From: Candidatus Adlerbacteria bacterium
Lineage (GTDB): Bacteria; Patescibacteriota; Minisyncoccia; Phycocordibacterales; SBAW01
Assembly (NCBI GenBank): GCA_037135035.1
Contig: JBAXLB010000002.1
Location: 71,680 to 135,679, forward strand
DNA length: 64,000 nucleotides
Direction of reading: 5' to 3'
The notes beneath the pieces were generated by a model that had not been told where the DNA came from, searched no databases, and saw only the letters and a list, made by a program, of their open reading frames with translations. Numbering within the stretch: position 1 is the stretch's first letter; every line of letters begins with the position of its first letter. This document shows positions 23,758 through 32,763 of this stretch, piece by piece. A program made the translations under genes and the position numbers.

Positions 23758-24873
23758 ATGAACGCCACAACAAAACGCACTGCTACACTTGTCGCGGTTC
23801 TTGTACTTATTGCAGCGGTCATCTGGTATTTGGAAAGCGGGAAGGTGGCCCCGGGCCCTTCTGGTGTGCCTGTTGCAGTAGGTGCACATTCGACAAACTT
23901 TGCGGCCAACAGCGTGTTGTACCCTAAGGCGAATGAGTTTGTATCGCCCGACGGATATATAAACACACCGGCAACAACCACACTCGACGCACTTATAAAT
24001 GGGGAACATAAAGTAGTGTTGGTCGACTTTTGGACGTACAGCTGCATTAACTGTATGCGCACTATTCCATATTTGGAGGCGTGGTATAAAAAATATAAAG
24101 ACTACGGGTTTACTATTGTTGGCGTGCACGCACCAGAGTTTGCATTTGAAAAAGTGCTCGCCAATGTGCAAGCGGCAGTAACAAAATTTGGCATTACCTA
24201 CCCGGTTATTTTGGACAGCAATTTAAATACGTGGAGTGCCTACCGCAACCAATATTGGCCGGCAGAATATCTTGTAGACACAGACGGCCTCGTGCGCGAA
24301 CACAACATAGGCGAAGGCAACTACGAAGAAACCGAAAGCACTATTCAAAAACTTCTTGCAGAGCGAAACCAGACGCTGGGGTTAGTGGTACCTATACCTA
24401 CAGGTTTTGTGGACATCACCAGTACGATACAAACAGCAAGCCCTGAAACATATTTTGGTTTTGCCCGGAACCAATATTTAGGAAATGGCACCAGGCAAAC
24501 ACAAGGAGTGCAGACTCTTGCGGCACCCGCTGCAGGCAGTGCTGCACCAAACACGCTGTATCTGGGCGGAGTGTGGAATTTTGAAAGTGAGTTTGCAAAA
24601 AATACTTCTGCCGGCGCAACTATTACCTACCACTACAGTGCAAAAGATGTGTACCTGGTTGCAAGTGCGGCAAGAGGCGCGGTGTTTACTGTCTACATAG
24701 ACGGCAAGATTATTAATGCAAACAAAGGTGCCGATGTAGACGCGAACGGTCAGGTGCGCGTAGGGGAGTCGCGGCTCTACAGACTAGTTGAAGGGGGTGC
24801 GCAGGAAGAGCACGTGATTGAAATAAAAATAACGTCGCCGGGGCTCGACGCCTATACGTTTACGTTTGGTTGA
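23758..24873 (+). CDS. DipZ-type extracytoplasmic thioredoxin with C-terminal beta domain
   Basis: VDFWTYSCINC, GVHAPEFAFEK, NQYWPA, SPETY, C-terminal YTFTFG. Confidence 0.9.
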   Translation: MNATTKRTATLVAVLVLIAAVIWYLESGKVAPGPSGVPVAVGAHSTNFAANSVLYPKANEFVSPDGYINTPATTTLDALINGEHKVVLVDFWTYSCINCMRTIPYLEAWYKKYKDYGFTIVGVHAPEFAFEKVLANVQAAVTKFGITYPVILDSNLNTWSAYRNQYWPAEYLVDTDGLVREHNIGEGNYEETESTIQKLLAERNQTLGLVVPIPTGFVDITSTIQTASPETYFGFARNQYLGNGTRQTQGVQTLAAPAAGSAAPNTLYLGGVWNFESEFAKNTSAGATITYHYSAKDVYLVASAARGAVFTVYIDGKIINANKGADVDANGQVRVGESRLYRLVEGGAQEEHVIEIKITSPGLDAYTFTFG

Positions 24874-24876
24874 TAG

Positions 24877-25866
24877 TTACTGCGTGCACGCGTCGGTATG
24901 TATAGCGCGCGCGTCGATGTTTGCAAGGTGAGCTATTTCTTTTGTACATGAGGCAACTAATGAGGTGTCGTTGCTGTAGTGTGTACAGAGAAGAGTAGCT
25001 GCCGACGTGTTGCCGTGAGTCTGTATATACAACTCGTTGCCTATACCTGCAAAACAAGATACTTGTAAAAAATGTTCGGGCAGTGACTCGCAGTATGCGC
25101 CGGTCGTGGCCACTGCCTCGGTACTTGTTGCAGAAGTCGGCCAGAAATTTTTCCGCCAAACTCGCGGCATAAAACTGACACACTGCGCGTGTTCGGATGC
25201 CGCAAACCCACTGCAAGGGGCAAATGGACTGTCTTTGGATATTTTGAATGGGGGAGTGTCTGCACCCAACATTGTTTGGTCAAAATATTCCATAAAAACA
25301 CCTGCTTCACATTTACCAGCCGCACTAGCTGCCGAAGAATTTTTGCATAACGATAGAGCGCTCGTGAGTGCTTGGGGATTGTACCCAGCGTACGAAAGGA
25401 TGCCGTGCCCTATACCGTGTTCGCATAGTGACTGCACGTTTGTTGCTTCTGACTGCGCACATATAGCATGCAATGCTGGCAGCACAGACACGCCTTGCGC
25501 GTGGAGCGCACGGCCGAGCAGTTCGTGCAGGCAGCCGTATTGAAACCGGTCGTCGCATGTAAACGCACCGGCCAACCCGACTTCTTGGTACAGCGCTGCG
25601 CCAAAGTAGTGCGCCTCTGTGTGGCCTTGTACCCCTGTTTTGTTTTTTAAACTGCACGCAAGTTCTGTATATGCATCCTTTGCGCTTTCTGTTTCTATCC
25701 GCTCTTTCCAGTGTGTAATACGCACACCGCCATCTTTGTTTTGAGGTAAGACAGGGTGTGTCCAAAACCACAGAGCCCCGGCTACTCCCACACACAACAG
25801 AGCTAGGGTCGCTACAGCTATAATTTTTTTGTTTCGCCCGAGTCGCATCTGCCCAGTATAGGGCAC
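24877..25866 (-). CDS. Membrane-anchored Cys/His-rich repeat protein
   Basis: HTEAHYFG, GCLHE, CEHGIGHG, CEAGVFME, CFAGIG repeats. Confidence 0.8.
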   Translation of the reverse strand: MPYTGQMRLGRNKKIIAVATLALLCVGVAGALWFWTHPVLPQNKDGGVRITHWKERIETESAKDAYTELACSLKNKTGVQGHTEAHYFGAALYQEVGLAGAFTCDDRFQYGCLHELLGRALHAQGVSVLPALHAICAQSEATNVQSLCEHGIGHGILSYAGYNPQALTSALSLCKNSSAASAAGKCEAGVFMEYFDQTMLGADTPPFKISKDSPFAPCSGFAASEHAQCVSFMPRVWRKNFWPTSATSTEAVATTGAYCESLPEHFLQVSCFAGIGNELYIQTHGNTSAATLLCTHYSNDTSLVASCTKEIAHLANIDARAIHTDACTQ

Positions 25867-25873
25867 ATAGCAA

Positions 25874-25902
25874 AAGCCCCCGTGTGCATGGACACGGGGG
25901 CT
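25874..25902 (-). terminator. Intrinsic terminator
   Basis: AGCCCCCGTGT..ACACGGGGGCT hairpin with T-tract on the minus strand. Confidence 0.7.
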
Positions 25903-25935
25903 GTGTTGCTGTGCGCAGCGCGCACTACCTCGGGA

Positions 25936-26664
25936 TTAGTGGCCGAAGAAGTGTTTGAAGTGCGACCAACCCTTAGTGAATATTCCAACTATAGTTGCAC
26001 TGATGCTCGTGTCGCTGTTTGTGTTTCCTGCAAGCACAACCTTTGAGCCCACGGTTAGTGCCGACGAGGATGCAAGGTCCCCGTTAACACGGTAGACAGT
26101 TGCACTTCCGGCCGAGACAGTCGTTGTTGCCTGTGTGCCGAACGGTTTAATCGTAAAGGTCGAGCCGTTGACCGAAGTCACAACACCGGCACCCGCCGCA
26201 TTATGGGCGGCAAGTACTGTGCGGACGCGCAGTGCGCTGTCGGAGATTTTTTCTGCCACAATTGTCGATCCAGTCACTGTGCCTTTAATACGCACCGTGT
26301 CGCCAACTTTAATCTGTGATACAGACACCGCAGTGTTGTCATCATCGGCAACTGTAACGTTTGCGGCGTTAACCGTGTACGTCGTCCCACCTTTTGCGTT
26401 CACCGTAAGAGTTGAGCCGTTTATTGCCGTCACAACTGCGCTCGTGTTAATTGAGCCGTTTGCGTGCTGATCCTTGTTTGGTAGGGGGGTACCAAAGAGT
26501 ATGTGGTCTATCCCTGCACCAATATTCAGGTTAGTTTTGGCGGATTCTTTTACCGACACATTTGTTGCTACCTTGCCCTCGTGTGCGCTCGCGAATAAAG
26601 GCGCTGCCGCGATAAGAGCAACTGCAACGGTGCTTGTAGCGAGGTAGTAATTAATTTTTTTCAT
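25936..26664 (-). CDS. Secreted protein with tandem OB-like (DUF5666-like) repeats
   Basis: Signal peptide; two repeats V(T)AINGSTLTV..IKVGDTVRIKG / VTSVNGSTFTI..LTVGSKV. Confidence 0.75.
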   Translation of the reverse strand: MKKINYYLATSTVAVALIAAAPLFASAHEGKVATNVSVKESAKTNLNIGAGIDHILFGTPLPNKDQHANGSINTSAVVTAINGSTLTVNAKGGTTYTVNAANVTVADDDNTAVSVSQIKVGDTVRIKGTVTGSTIVAEKISDSALRVRTVLAAHNAAGAGVVTSVNGSTFTIKPFGTQATTTVSAGSATVYRVNGDLASSSALTVGSKVVLAGNTNSDTSISATIVGIFTKGWSHFKHFFGH

Positions 26665-26772
26665 ATATATATATATTATTTAGACCAGTAAATCATTGCC
26701 GCATAAAGGCAACATATATGATGACGGTTTGGGTATGTTGTTATTACCCATATTTTCCTCGTAAAGATACTG

Positions 26773-27948
26773 CTATTTGTTCACAACAAAACGGAGCTGT
26801 TCAATATCAAAAGGTTCCAAATAGTATCCGACGTCGCGAAATTCCAGCCGCAATATGTCAGTTGTCTCGAGATTGTCAGGGTAAGGTAATTTTTCTTGAG
26901 CGTCTGCCAGGGCTTTCTGAACACCAGCGATTTCTAACCCCTGTTGCTGTGTGAACGCTACAAAATTTTTATATTCCTGTACGCTCTTTTTGTCGGCACC
27001 GACGACTGCGTGTATAGCTTGTATGGCAGCGTAGCTATGTCCTTTTGCAGCAAGAGTTTTTGAAAGGACGTGGTACGCAAAACTTTGCGACACTTGTTCG
27101 TCGAGGATTCCCTCCGCCTCTCTTTTCTCAGGTAAGCGTAGTTCGTTGTCACGGTCTAATTTTGCAATTTTTTCATAAAAAGGGTGTGGCATCGGTATGC
27201 GTTCTTCATCTAATGATATTTTGGTTATATCTTCAGCATATGCGTCTGAAACTCTGTGTCCGTATTCATGCGCGACTAGATGTTTGGTTACGATGTAAAT
27301 TGACTCGTCTATGCTCATTGAGATGCCAATCTTGCTGAGCTCGTCGCGTATTTTAGTGGCGCCATTTTGGATATGTTTGCCCCCGATATCAATAATGGCA
27401 GAAGGCGCCTCCGGGTCTTCGGGATTATGGAAGTACTTGTAGTCTAGATATCTGCCGTACCCTTTGTCTGCGTCGTACGAAAGTTTAAGCGGAGATAGAG
27501 ATTTTTCCTTTTCAAAAAAATCCGGAGGGTACAGATTAAGCTCTTTCATGTCGCTCATGACTTCGTCAAAAATATGTTGCGCAGACGCTTCCATTTTTTC
27601 AGAAGGAGGAAGGGGAGTGCGTTCAATTCGCGCATCTTTCTGCGCTTTCAACTTGTCAAACACAGGTTTATTTTTTTCGATAATACTTTTTAATTTTTCT
27701 GTATCGAAAGTATATTTCTTACGGGGACCTTCGAATTCTGAGTCGTCCTTTTCTTGTACGGAAATAGCTCCTTCAAAAAACAAATCTTTAATAACCCGTA
27801 ACTCAGGTTGACTCTCAACAGCCTCACCTGATTCAAGAGTAGACGTTGGTGCCGTTGCTGCAACGGGCTTTTCTTGAGTTTTTTCCTCAAGCTTCTCGTC
27901 GGCATGTGCAGGGAGTTGCGCGTGCTCCAGATCAAAACCAGGCTTCAT
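26773..27948 (-). CDS. Hypothetical protein with HExxH zinc-metallopeptidase motif
   Basis: LVAHEYGH with downstream DEQVSQSFA. The upstream ORF extension lies inside the repeat, so the start is set to MKPGF. Confidence 0.7.
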   Translation of the reverse strand: MKPGFDLEHAQLPAHADEKLEEKTQEKPVAATAPTSTLESGEAVESQPELRVIKDLFFEGAISVQEKDDSEFEGPRKKYTFDTEKLKSIIEKNKPVFDKLKAQKDARIERTPLPPSEKMEASAQHIFDEVMSDMKELNLYPPDFFEKEKSLSPLKLSYDADKGYGRYLDYKYFHNPEDPEAPSAIIDIGGKHIQNGATKIRDELSKIGISMSIDESIYIVTKHLVAHEYGHRVSDAYAEDITKISLDEERIPMPHPFYEKIAKLDRDNELRLPEKREAEGILDEQVSQSFAYHVLSKTLAAKGHSYAAIQAIHAVVGADKKSVQEYKNFVAFTQQQGLEIAGVQKALADAQEKLPYPDNLETTDILRLEFRDVGYYLEPFDIEQLRFVVNK

Positions 27949-27969
27949 GTCTTCGATTATAGCATTCGA

Positions 27970-28095
27970 GCGGAGAGGGTGAGATTCGGTCACGGTCTGC
28001 CGACTTTTTCTTCACATGTTTGAAAAAGTCTGGCATCCTCGACCCCAACTCAAAAATTTATTCCCCGAATAAATTTTTTTCGTCTTTCGAATCTC
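27970..28095 (-). repeat. Structured repeat copy downstream of tRNA-Ser, flanked by inverted and direct copies of the tRNA 3' end
   Basis: Minus strand: GAGATTCGAA-A-GAC-GAA-[12-bp hairpin]-GA-GTT-GGGGTCGAGG..GCCAGACTTTTTC..GAAAAAGTCGGC..CCGTGACC-GAATCTCACCCTCTCCGC. Confidence 0.85.
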
Positions 28096-28155
28096 TCTAC
28101 CTTATATCCGACAGAAATAAAAAAACAGGTGCAGAAGCACCCGTTTTTCATTTTG

Positions 28156-28240
28156 CGGAGGAGGTGAGATTCGAACTCACGATGGGTTGCCCCATGCTTG
28201 TTTTCAAGACAAGTGCCATAGACCACTCGGCCACTCCTCC
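28156..28240 (-). tRNA. tRNA-Ser(TGA)
   Basis: GGAGGAG acceptor, anticodon arm CTTGT-CTTGAAA-ACAAG, long variable arm. Confidence 0.95.
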
Positions 28241-28289
28241 AATAGAAGAGACAATACACTTTTTTCGGATTATCCGCTATGCTCAAAGG

Positions 28290-28745
28290 GTGAAATACCT
28301 CGGGATTGATTATGGCACCAAGCGTATTGGCGTTGCAGTTTCAGACGAAACGGCGACTCTGGCCTTTCCTTTGGGTACGGTAAAGGCGGGGGAGAACGCG
28401 ATAAAAGAGGTGTTGGATATTGCACACGAGAACGGTGTGGAGAAAATTATCCTTGGCGAGTCGCGCGACTACAGCGGGATACCTAACCCGGTGATGAAGT
28501 ATGTGGAGTTGTTTAAACAAAAGCTTGAGGATGCAGAATTGCTTGTGGAATTTGAACCAGAGTTTATGAGCAGTGTCGCAGCAGCACGGCAGTTTGCGCC
28601 GGACGCCTCGCCCGTAGGAACGGGGCTACGGCCGAGGGGCTCGCGCAAAGCAAACCCGAGCCAGGAAAATTTAGACTCGTCCGCTGCGGCGCTTATTTTG
28701 CAAAATTATTTGGATAGAATGAAGCAACGACCTGATGTAGAGTAA
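28290..28745 (+). CDS. ruvX: YqgF/RuvX pre-16S rRNA nuclease
   Basis: YLGIDYGTKRIGVAVSD, DSSAAALILQNYL. GTG start; the longer ORF runs antisense through tRNA-Ser. Confidence 0.92.
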   Translation: MKYLGIDYGTKRIGVAVSDETATLAFPLGTVKAGENAIKEVLDIAHENGVEKIILGESRDYSGIPNPVMKYVELFKQKLEDAELLVEFEPEFMSSVAAARQFAPDASPVGTGLRPRGSRKANPSQENLDSSAAALILQNYLDRMKQRPDVE

Positions 28746-28752
28746 GAATGTA

Positions 28753-28826
28753 GCTGCAACCCAATGAGAAAAAGTCTGGCCTGCCGGGGGCAGGAGATCC
28801 GAGGACTTTTGCGAATGGGTTGCAGC
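28753..28826 (+). repeat. Intergenic palindromic element, sister of the polA insert
   Basis: 11-bp IR GCTGCAACCCA/TGGGTTGCAGC around TGAGAAAAAGTCTGGCC..AGGAGATCCGAGGACTTTT. Confidence 0.85.
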
Positions 28827-28845
28827 GAAGATACTATTCAATCCT

Positions 28846-29232
28846 ATGGAACCAATTTCAATTGATGATTTTAAAAAAGTAGAAATCCGCGTCGGCGAGA
28901 TTTTGAGCGCAGAACCTATAGAAGGCAGCGAAAAGCTTTTGAAGTTGAAAGTTAGCTTTGGCCTAAAACCTTTTGTTGCGACAGAAGGTTCGGCCGAGCG
29001 CCCAGAGGGCGATGTAGGCGAGCAAGAAATTAGGCAAGTGCTTTCGGGTATCGCTGCATATTTCCCCGACCCTTCTGTGTTGGTGGGGAAGCGTGTGCCG
29101 TTTGTCACAAACTTGGCACCCCGCATGATGATGGGCCTCGAGAGCCAGGCCATGATACTCGCAACAGGCGGGGGAGATATACCGCTGTCACTTTTTGAAA
29201 CAGACGCACTGCCGGGCAGTTTGGTTAAGTAA
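28846..29232 (+). CDS. Stand-alone tRNA-binding OB-fold protein (Trbp111/CsaA/MetRS C-terminal type)
   Basis: ISIDDFKKVEIRVGEI, SEKLLKL, RQVLSGIA, NLAPRMMMGLESQAMILA. Confidence 0.9.
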   Translation: MEPISIDDFKKVEIRVGEILSAEPIEGSEKLLKLKVSFGLKPFVATEGSAERPEGDVGEQEIRQVLSGIAAYFPDPSVLVGKRVPFVTNLAPRMMMGLESQAMILATGGGDIPLSLFETDALPGSLVK

Positions 29233-29830
29233 TTTTCTTTCTGGACTTCCACCACTCGTGCACCACCGGCAAGAGAGAAATAAAGACAACCGCCACCACG
29301 ATAGGGAGTATGTAGTTTTCGATATTTGGAACTGCTTTGCCTAAAAAGTAGCCAAGTAAGGTAAACACCGTGCCCCAGAGGAAACCTCCAATAGCGTTGT
29401 AGGCAAGGAACTTTCGGTAGTGCATACGGCCCACACCAGCAACGATAGGCACAAAGGTGCGTACTACTGGCATAAAGCGGGCAAGCACGAGGGCGCGCGT
29501 TCCGTACCGTTCGTAAAATTCTTGCGAGCGCGTGATGTGTTTTTGGTTAAACAAAAACGAATCTTTTTTAGTGAACAGCCGTGGGCCTATAAACCTCCCA
29601 AACGAATAGCCGACACTGTCGCCCAAAATGGCTGCAACGGGAATGATAAGAAGTAGTGCGGGCAGGGAAAGCACGCCCTGTGACGCAAGCAACCCTGCGG
29701 TTAGCAGTAGCGAGTCGCCGGGGAGGAAAAACCCAATAAGTACACCCGACTCGGCAAGTACAATACAAAAAATACCCACGTACCCCAGCGTGGTAATTAT
29801 CTGCAGAGGGTCAAGATGGAATAATGTCAT
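29225..29830 (-). CDS. DedA/VTT family membrane protein
   Basis: ESGVLIGFFLPGDSLL, LARFMPVVRTF. Confidence 0.93.
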   Translation of the reverse strand: MTLFHLDPLQIITTLGYVGIFCIVLAESGVLIGFFLPGDSLLLTAGLLASQGVLSLPALLLIIPVAAILGDSVGYSFGRFIGPRLFTKKDSFLFNQKHITRSQEFYERYGTRALVLARFMPVVRTFVPIVAGVGRMHYRKFLAYNAIGGFLWGTVFTLLGYFLGKAVPNIENYILPIVVAVVFISLLPVVHEWWKSRKKIT

Positions 29831-30344
29831 GGTGTTGTTTCTTTTGTTGATGACGGTACTCGTGCCAGGTTAGGACAATAAAGAAGATGTCGAACGCAGT
29901 GACACAGAGCAAAATGAGGGACTGTGTGTGGGCGAGCCGGTAGAGTTGGTACACTAAAAAGAGGCATGTTATAGCAATAGTAACAGGGTATGCCCACAGA
30001 CGGTTTTTGTATAAGTTGTAGGCAAGGAACATGTTAAGTAGGCCGTGGAAAAGAAGATAGAGACCAACAAAGTTTTTAGTACTTACCGACAACTGGTTAA
30101 GATGCTCGCTTGCGAAGCGGAAGATATGTTCGTGTCGGCCGCCCAGAAATTCTTCCTGACTTAAGAAGATGAATCGATCCCTGAGCATAGGATGTGTCGA
30201 AAAGAGCAAAAATATTCCTGCGCCTGTCTCCCATACGCTGTTGAGCGCTTTCAAAAAAACGCCTGCTTCAAACAGCTGATGCCAAAACTTTTGAGTAAAT
30301 ATATGGTGTACCACAAGTACTGGATAGTATATGCTACATCTCAC
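29811..30344 (-). CDS. DUF2127-like membrane protein
   Basis: LKALNSVWE, YLLFHG, LWAYP, LTWHEY. The true start is probably a few codons downstream. Confidence 0.75.
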   Translation of the reverse strand: MRCSIYYPVLVVHHIFTQKFWHQLFEAGVFLKALNSVWETGAGIFLLFSTHPMLRDRFIFLSQEEFLGGRHEHIFRFASEHLNQLSVSTKNFVGLYLLFHGLLNMFLAYNLYKNRLWAYPVTIAITCLFLVYQLYRLAHTQSLILLCVTAFDIFFIVLTWHEYRHQQKKQHHDIIPS

Positions 30345-30345
30345 A

Positions 30346-30417
30346 GCCCCTGTAGTTAAACGGATATAACCGCGGACTTCTAAGCCGCTATTCGAGGTTC
30401 GATTCCTCGCGGGGGCA
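30346..30417 (+). tRNA. tRNA-Arg(TCT)
   Basis: GCCCCTG acceptor, anticodon loop CTTCTAA, T-loop TTCGATT. Confidence 0.9.
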
Positions 30418-30441
30418 TGACAAACAAAAGAAAAACCTCAC

Positions 30442-30858
30442 TCATCTGAGGAGGTCTATATTTACTACAAATTCAACGAGTTCGATAGGTAGTCCGTCGG
30501 GATCCTTGACGAAGGTGGATCGTTGCCCCAATGAAGAATTGAAACGCAAGGGTTCCGTGGGTACCCCGTGTTGTTTCAAAAAATCTATAGTTTCGTCGAG
30601 ATCGTCTACCTCGAACGCAAGGTGTCGCAGGCCGCATGCTTCGGGGTTCGTCGGCCTTTGAGGTGGCTTTGGGAAGGAAAAAAGTTCAATAAGGTACTGT
30701 CCTTCTAGTGCCAAATCGAGTTTGTATGATCTTCTCTCTGCTCTGAATTCTTCCCGGATAACTTTGAATCCCAGCACCTCGGTATAAAAGTGCTTCGACG
30801 TCGCATAGTCCGAACAGATAATCGCTATATGGTCGAGTTTCTTTAACAACACATCCAC
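30442..30858 (-). CDS. VOC/glyoxalase family protein (YaeR-like)
   Basis: HIAIICSDY..SKHFY, SYKLDL, GLRHLAF, DPDGLPIEL. Confidence 0.92.
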   Translation of the reverse strand: MDVLLKKLDHIAIICSDYATSKHFYTEVLGFKVIREEFRAERRSYKLDLALEGQYLIELFSFPKPPQRPTNPEACGLRHLAFEVDDLDETIDFLKQHGVPTEPLRFNSSLGQRSTFVKDPDGLPIELVEFVVNIDLLR

Positions 30859-30963
30859 CTCCTTCTGGTTCTTCCACTACTAATAACTCGTACAAAAGAA
30901 AAAAAGTTTTAACCCTGCAGAAAAAAGAAAAACTCCGGGTATGAGCCGGAGTTGGAATGGGGA

Positions 30964-31362
30964 CTATCGCGGCTCAAGCCGGTGTGTTTGGAACTCGATT
31001 TTCTCGAGCTCCTCGTAGTGGGAAAATTTGAGCAGATCACGCTCGCCTTTGTCTTTCCCAACTACCACGGCCCGCCCGCTGGAATCGCGCTCGAACTGAG
31101 CGCGGATAAATGCGACGCCGAGGTCGTGTCGGCGGTCCACGAGCTTCATCAACACGGAGAAGGGCGCTTGCGCCTCAAGAGCAACGACTTTGTTGCCCTC
31201 CGACTCGGTGCGCTCGATGAGCGACCGAACCGCGGCTATAGGATCATCCCCGTAAGGGATGTCTTTGGTAACGATGTTTGTGTCGTTACCGTAGATGGCT
31301 TTCAAGAAAGCCATCCGGTCGGCATCCGCGGGGTGCCGAGTAATGCGAAGAACAGTTTGCAT
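30964..31362 (-). CDS. Orphan hypothetical protein
   Basis: 132-aa ORF (VLRITRH...) with a terminator hairpin at ~30931-30954. Confidence 0.7.
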   Translation of the reverse strand: MQTVLRITRHPADADRMAFLKAIYGNDTNIVTKDIPYGDDPIAAVRSLIERTESEGNKVVALEAQAPFSVLMKLVDRRHDLGVAFIRAQFERDSSGRAVVVGKDKGERDLLKFSHYEELEKIEFQTHRLEPR

Positions 31363-31492
31363 GATTTCTCTCTCGTGTGGTTTGAATTTTTCGAGCAGTA
31401 TACTCGAAGGATTCAGCGTGTCACTGCACGGTCGAGGGATGTATTACTTCTCCCTTTCAAAATCTCGAGTTGCCTCAAGAACTTGAAAGGGA

Positions 31493-31519
31493 GGGATGGT
31501 TCGCACCGCGAACCATCCC
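31493..31519. terminator. Perfect 12-bp stem-loop
   Basis: GGGATGGTTCGC-ACC-GCGAACCATCCC. Confidence 0.6.
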
Positions 31520-31991
31520 AGGATCAGTTTAGATTAGTATGAGCGATCCACTCATACTTCTTTACCATCAGGCCCACAATGGCGAGTCCTGTGACGAGGC
31601 TGCTAAACCAGCCTCCCCGTGCTTCATGGGTGATCATCCCCCACGGGCTGTCATCTTGGGATCTTGCGACCCCTCTTTCCAGCACGATGGTGGCGAGTGC
31701 ACGTAATTTTTTGGCAACCTCGCACATAACCATACCTGCCGGAGAAGAGGAGTAACATTCTATTCTTTTGTCAACGACTGCTCCCTCGGCTATCTTTACC
31801 AGTATTCCTCAGGAACTCGTAGTAAGGATGCTTAGAGTGTACACGATTTAAACAATTTGTCAATAGATTTGTTATCAAATAAACGTAACTTGTTTCTATA
31901 ATACTCCTTTATCTCTAATGTTTATTCATATATAAGCATTAAATTGTTACAAAAAGCTTGACAGATTTTATGATACTGCTATCATGCTCAT

Positions 31992-32747
31992 ATGACATAT
32001 GAACAAAGCCTTATACAAGTTGGGCTTACGAAAGATCAAGCGGTTGTGTACGGAGCGCTAGTTAAATTCGGTACTCTACAGGCCCGCTACGTACAGAGGC
32101 ATTCGGGTCTTTCTCGCCCGCTGACCTATCGCGCCTTAAATGGACTTATTGCCGCTGGCTTGGTTGAGAAAAAGGACGAAGTGGGGAAGGTCTCGGTTTT
32201 TACTCCCGCGCACCCACTTAAGTTGAAAGAGTTTATACACAAGAAAAAAGAGGAGGCCGAAGATGCGGAGCGTGCGCTCGACGGCATACTTCCAAAACTC
32301 AGTTCGGATTTTAACCTCATATCTGGCAAACCCGGCGTGCGTTTTTTTGAGGGAGAGGACGGTGTGCGCGAGATATACGACGACATTCTTGCAACCGGTA
32401 AAAATTTTCACCTCATACGTTCAATTGGAGTAAAGGAATTTAAAGAAAAGATGTTCTCTATCGTCAAAGATTTTATTACCTGGCGACTGCGCAAGAATAT
32501 CTCTGTTACGGCACTCACTCCTGGTGACGTGGAGCCTGATGCCGAGCAAGACAAGGCATGGAAGTTTTCTCGGACGATTGTTCCGGTTAGCGCATATGGT
32601 TCGCCTGTTGAGGTAAATATTTATGGAGACAAAGTCGCTTTCGTTTCGTACAAACATGAAATGGTTGGTTTCGTAATCGAAAGCCCCCAAATTGCTCAGG
32701 CAATGCGAGAAATATTTGTATTAGCGCAAAAAGGAGCGCATATTTAG
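31992..32747 (+). CDS. TrmB family transcriptional regulator
   Basis: LIQVGLTKDQAVVY HTH, KPGVRFFEGEDG, IYGDKVAF, VIESPQIA. TTGACA-16-TATCAT promoter 6 nt before ATG. Confidence 0.88.
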   Translation: MTYEQSLIQVGLTKDQAVVYGALVKFGTLQARYVQRHSGLSRPLTYRALNGLIAAGLVEKKDEVGKVSVFTPAHPLKLKEFIHKKKEEAEDAERALDGILPKLSSDFNLISGKPGVRFFEGEDGVREIYDDILATGKNFHLIRSIGVKEFKEKMFSIVKDFITWRLRKNISVTALTPGDVEPDAEQDKAWKFSRTIVPVSAYGSPVEVNIYGDKVAFVSYKHEMVGFVIESPQIAQAMREIFVLAQKGAHI

Positions 32748-32763
32748 AATATATACTAGGACA

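Noticed and set aside
27970-27990. Second tRNA-Ser or an attR of a large island
   Set aside because: Only the 3' 18 nt are present, ~170 nt from the tRNA, with no cargo in between. It belongs to the repeat architecture.
28020-28289. N-terminal extension of RuvX
   Set aside because: It reads antisense through tRNA-Ser and the repeat; family similarity begins at GTG 28290.
31524-31830. 69-aa minus-strand ORF
   Set aside because: No recognisable motif and an unclear start. It may be a gene fragment, but the support is too weak to call.
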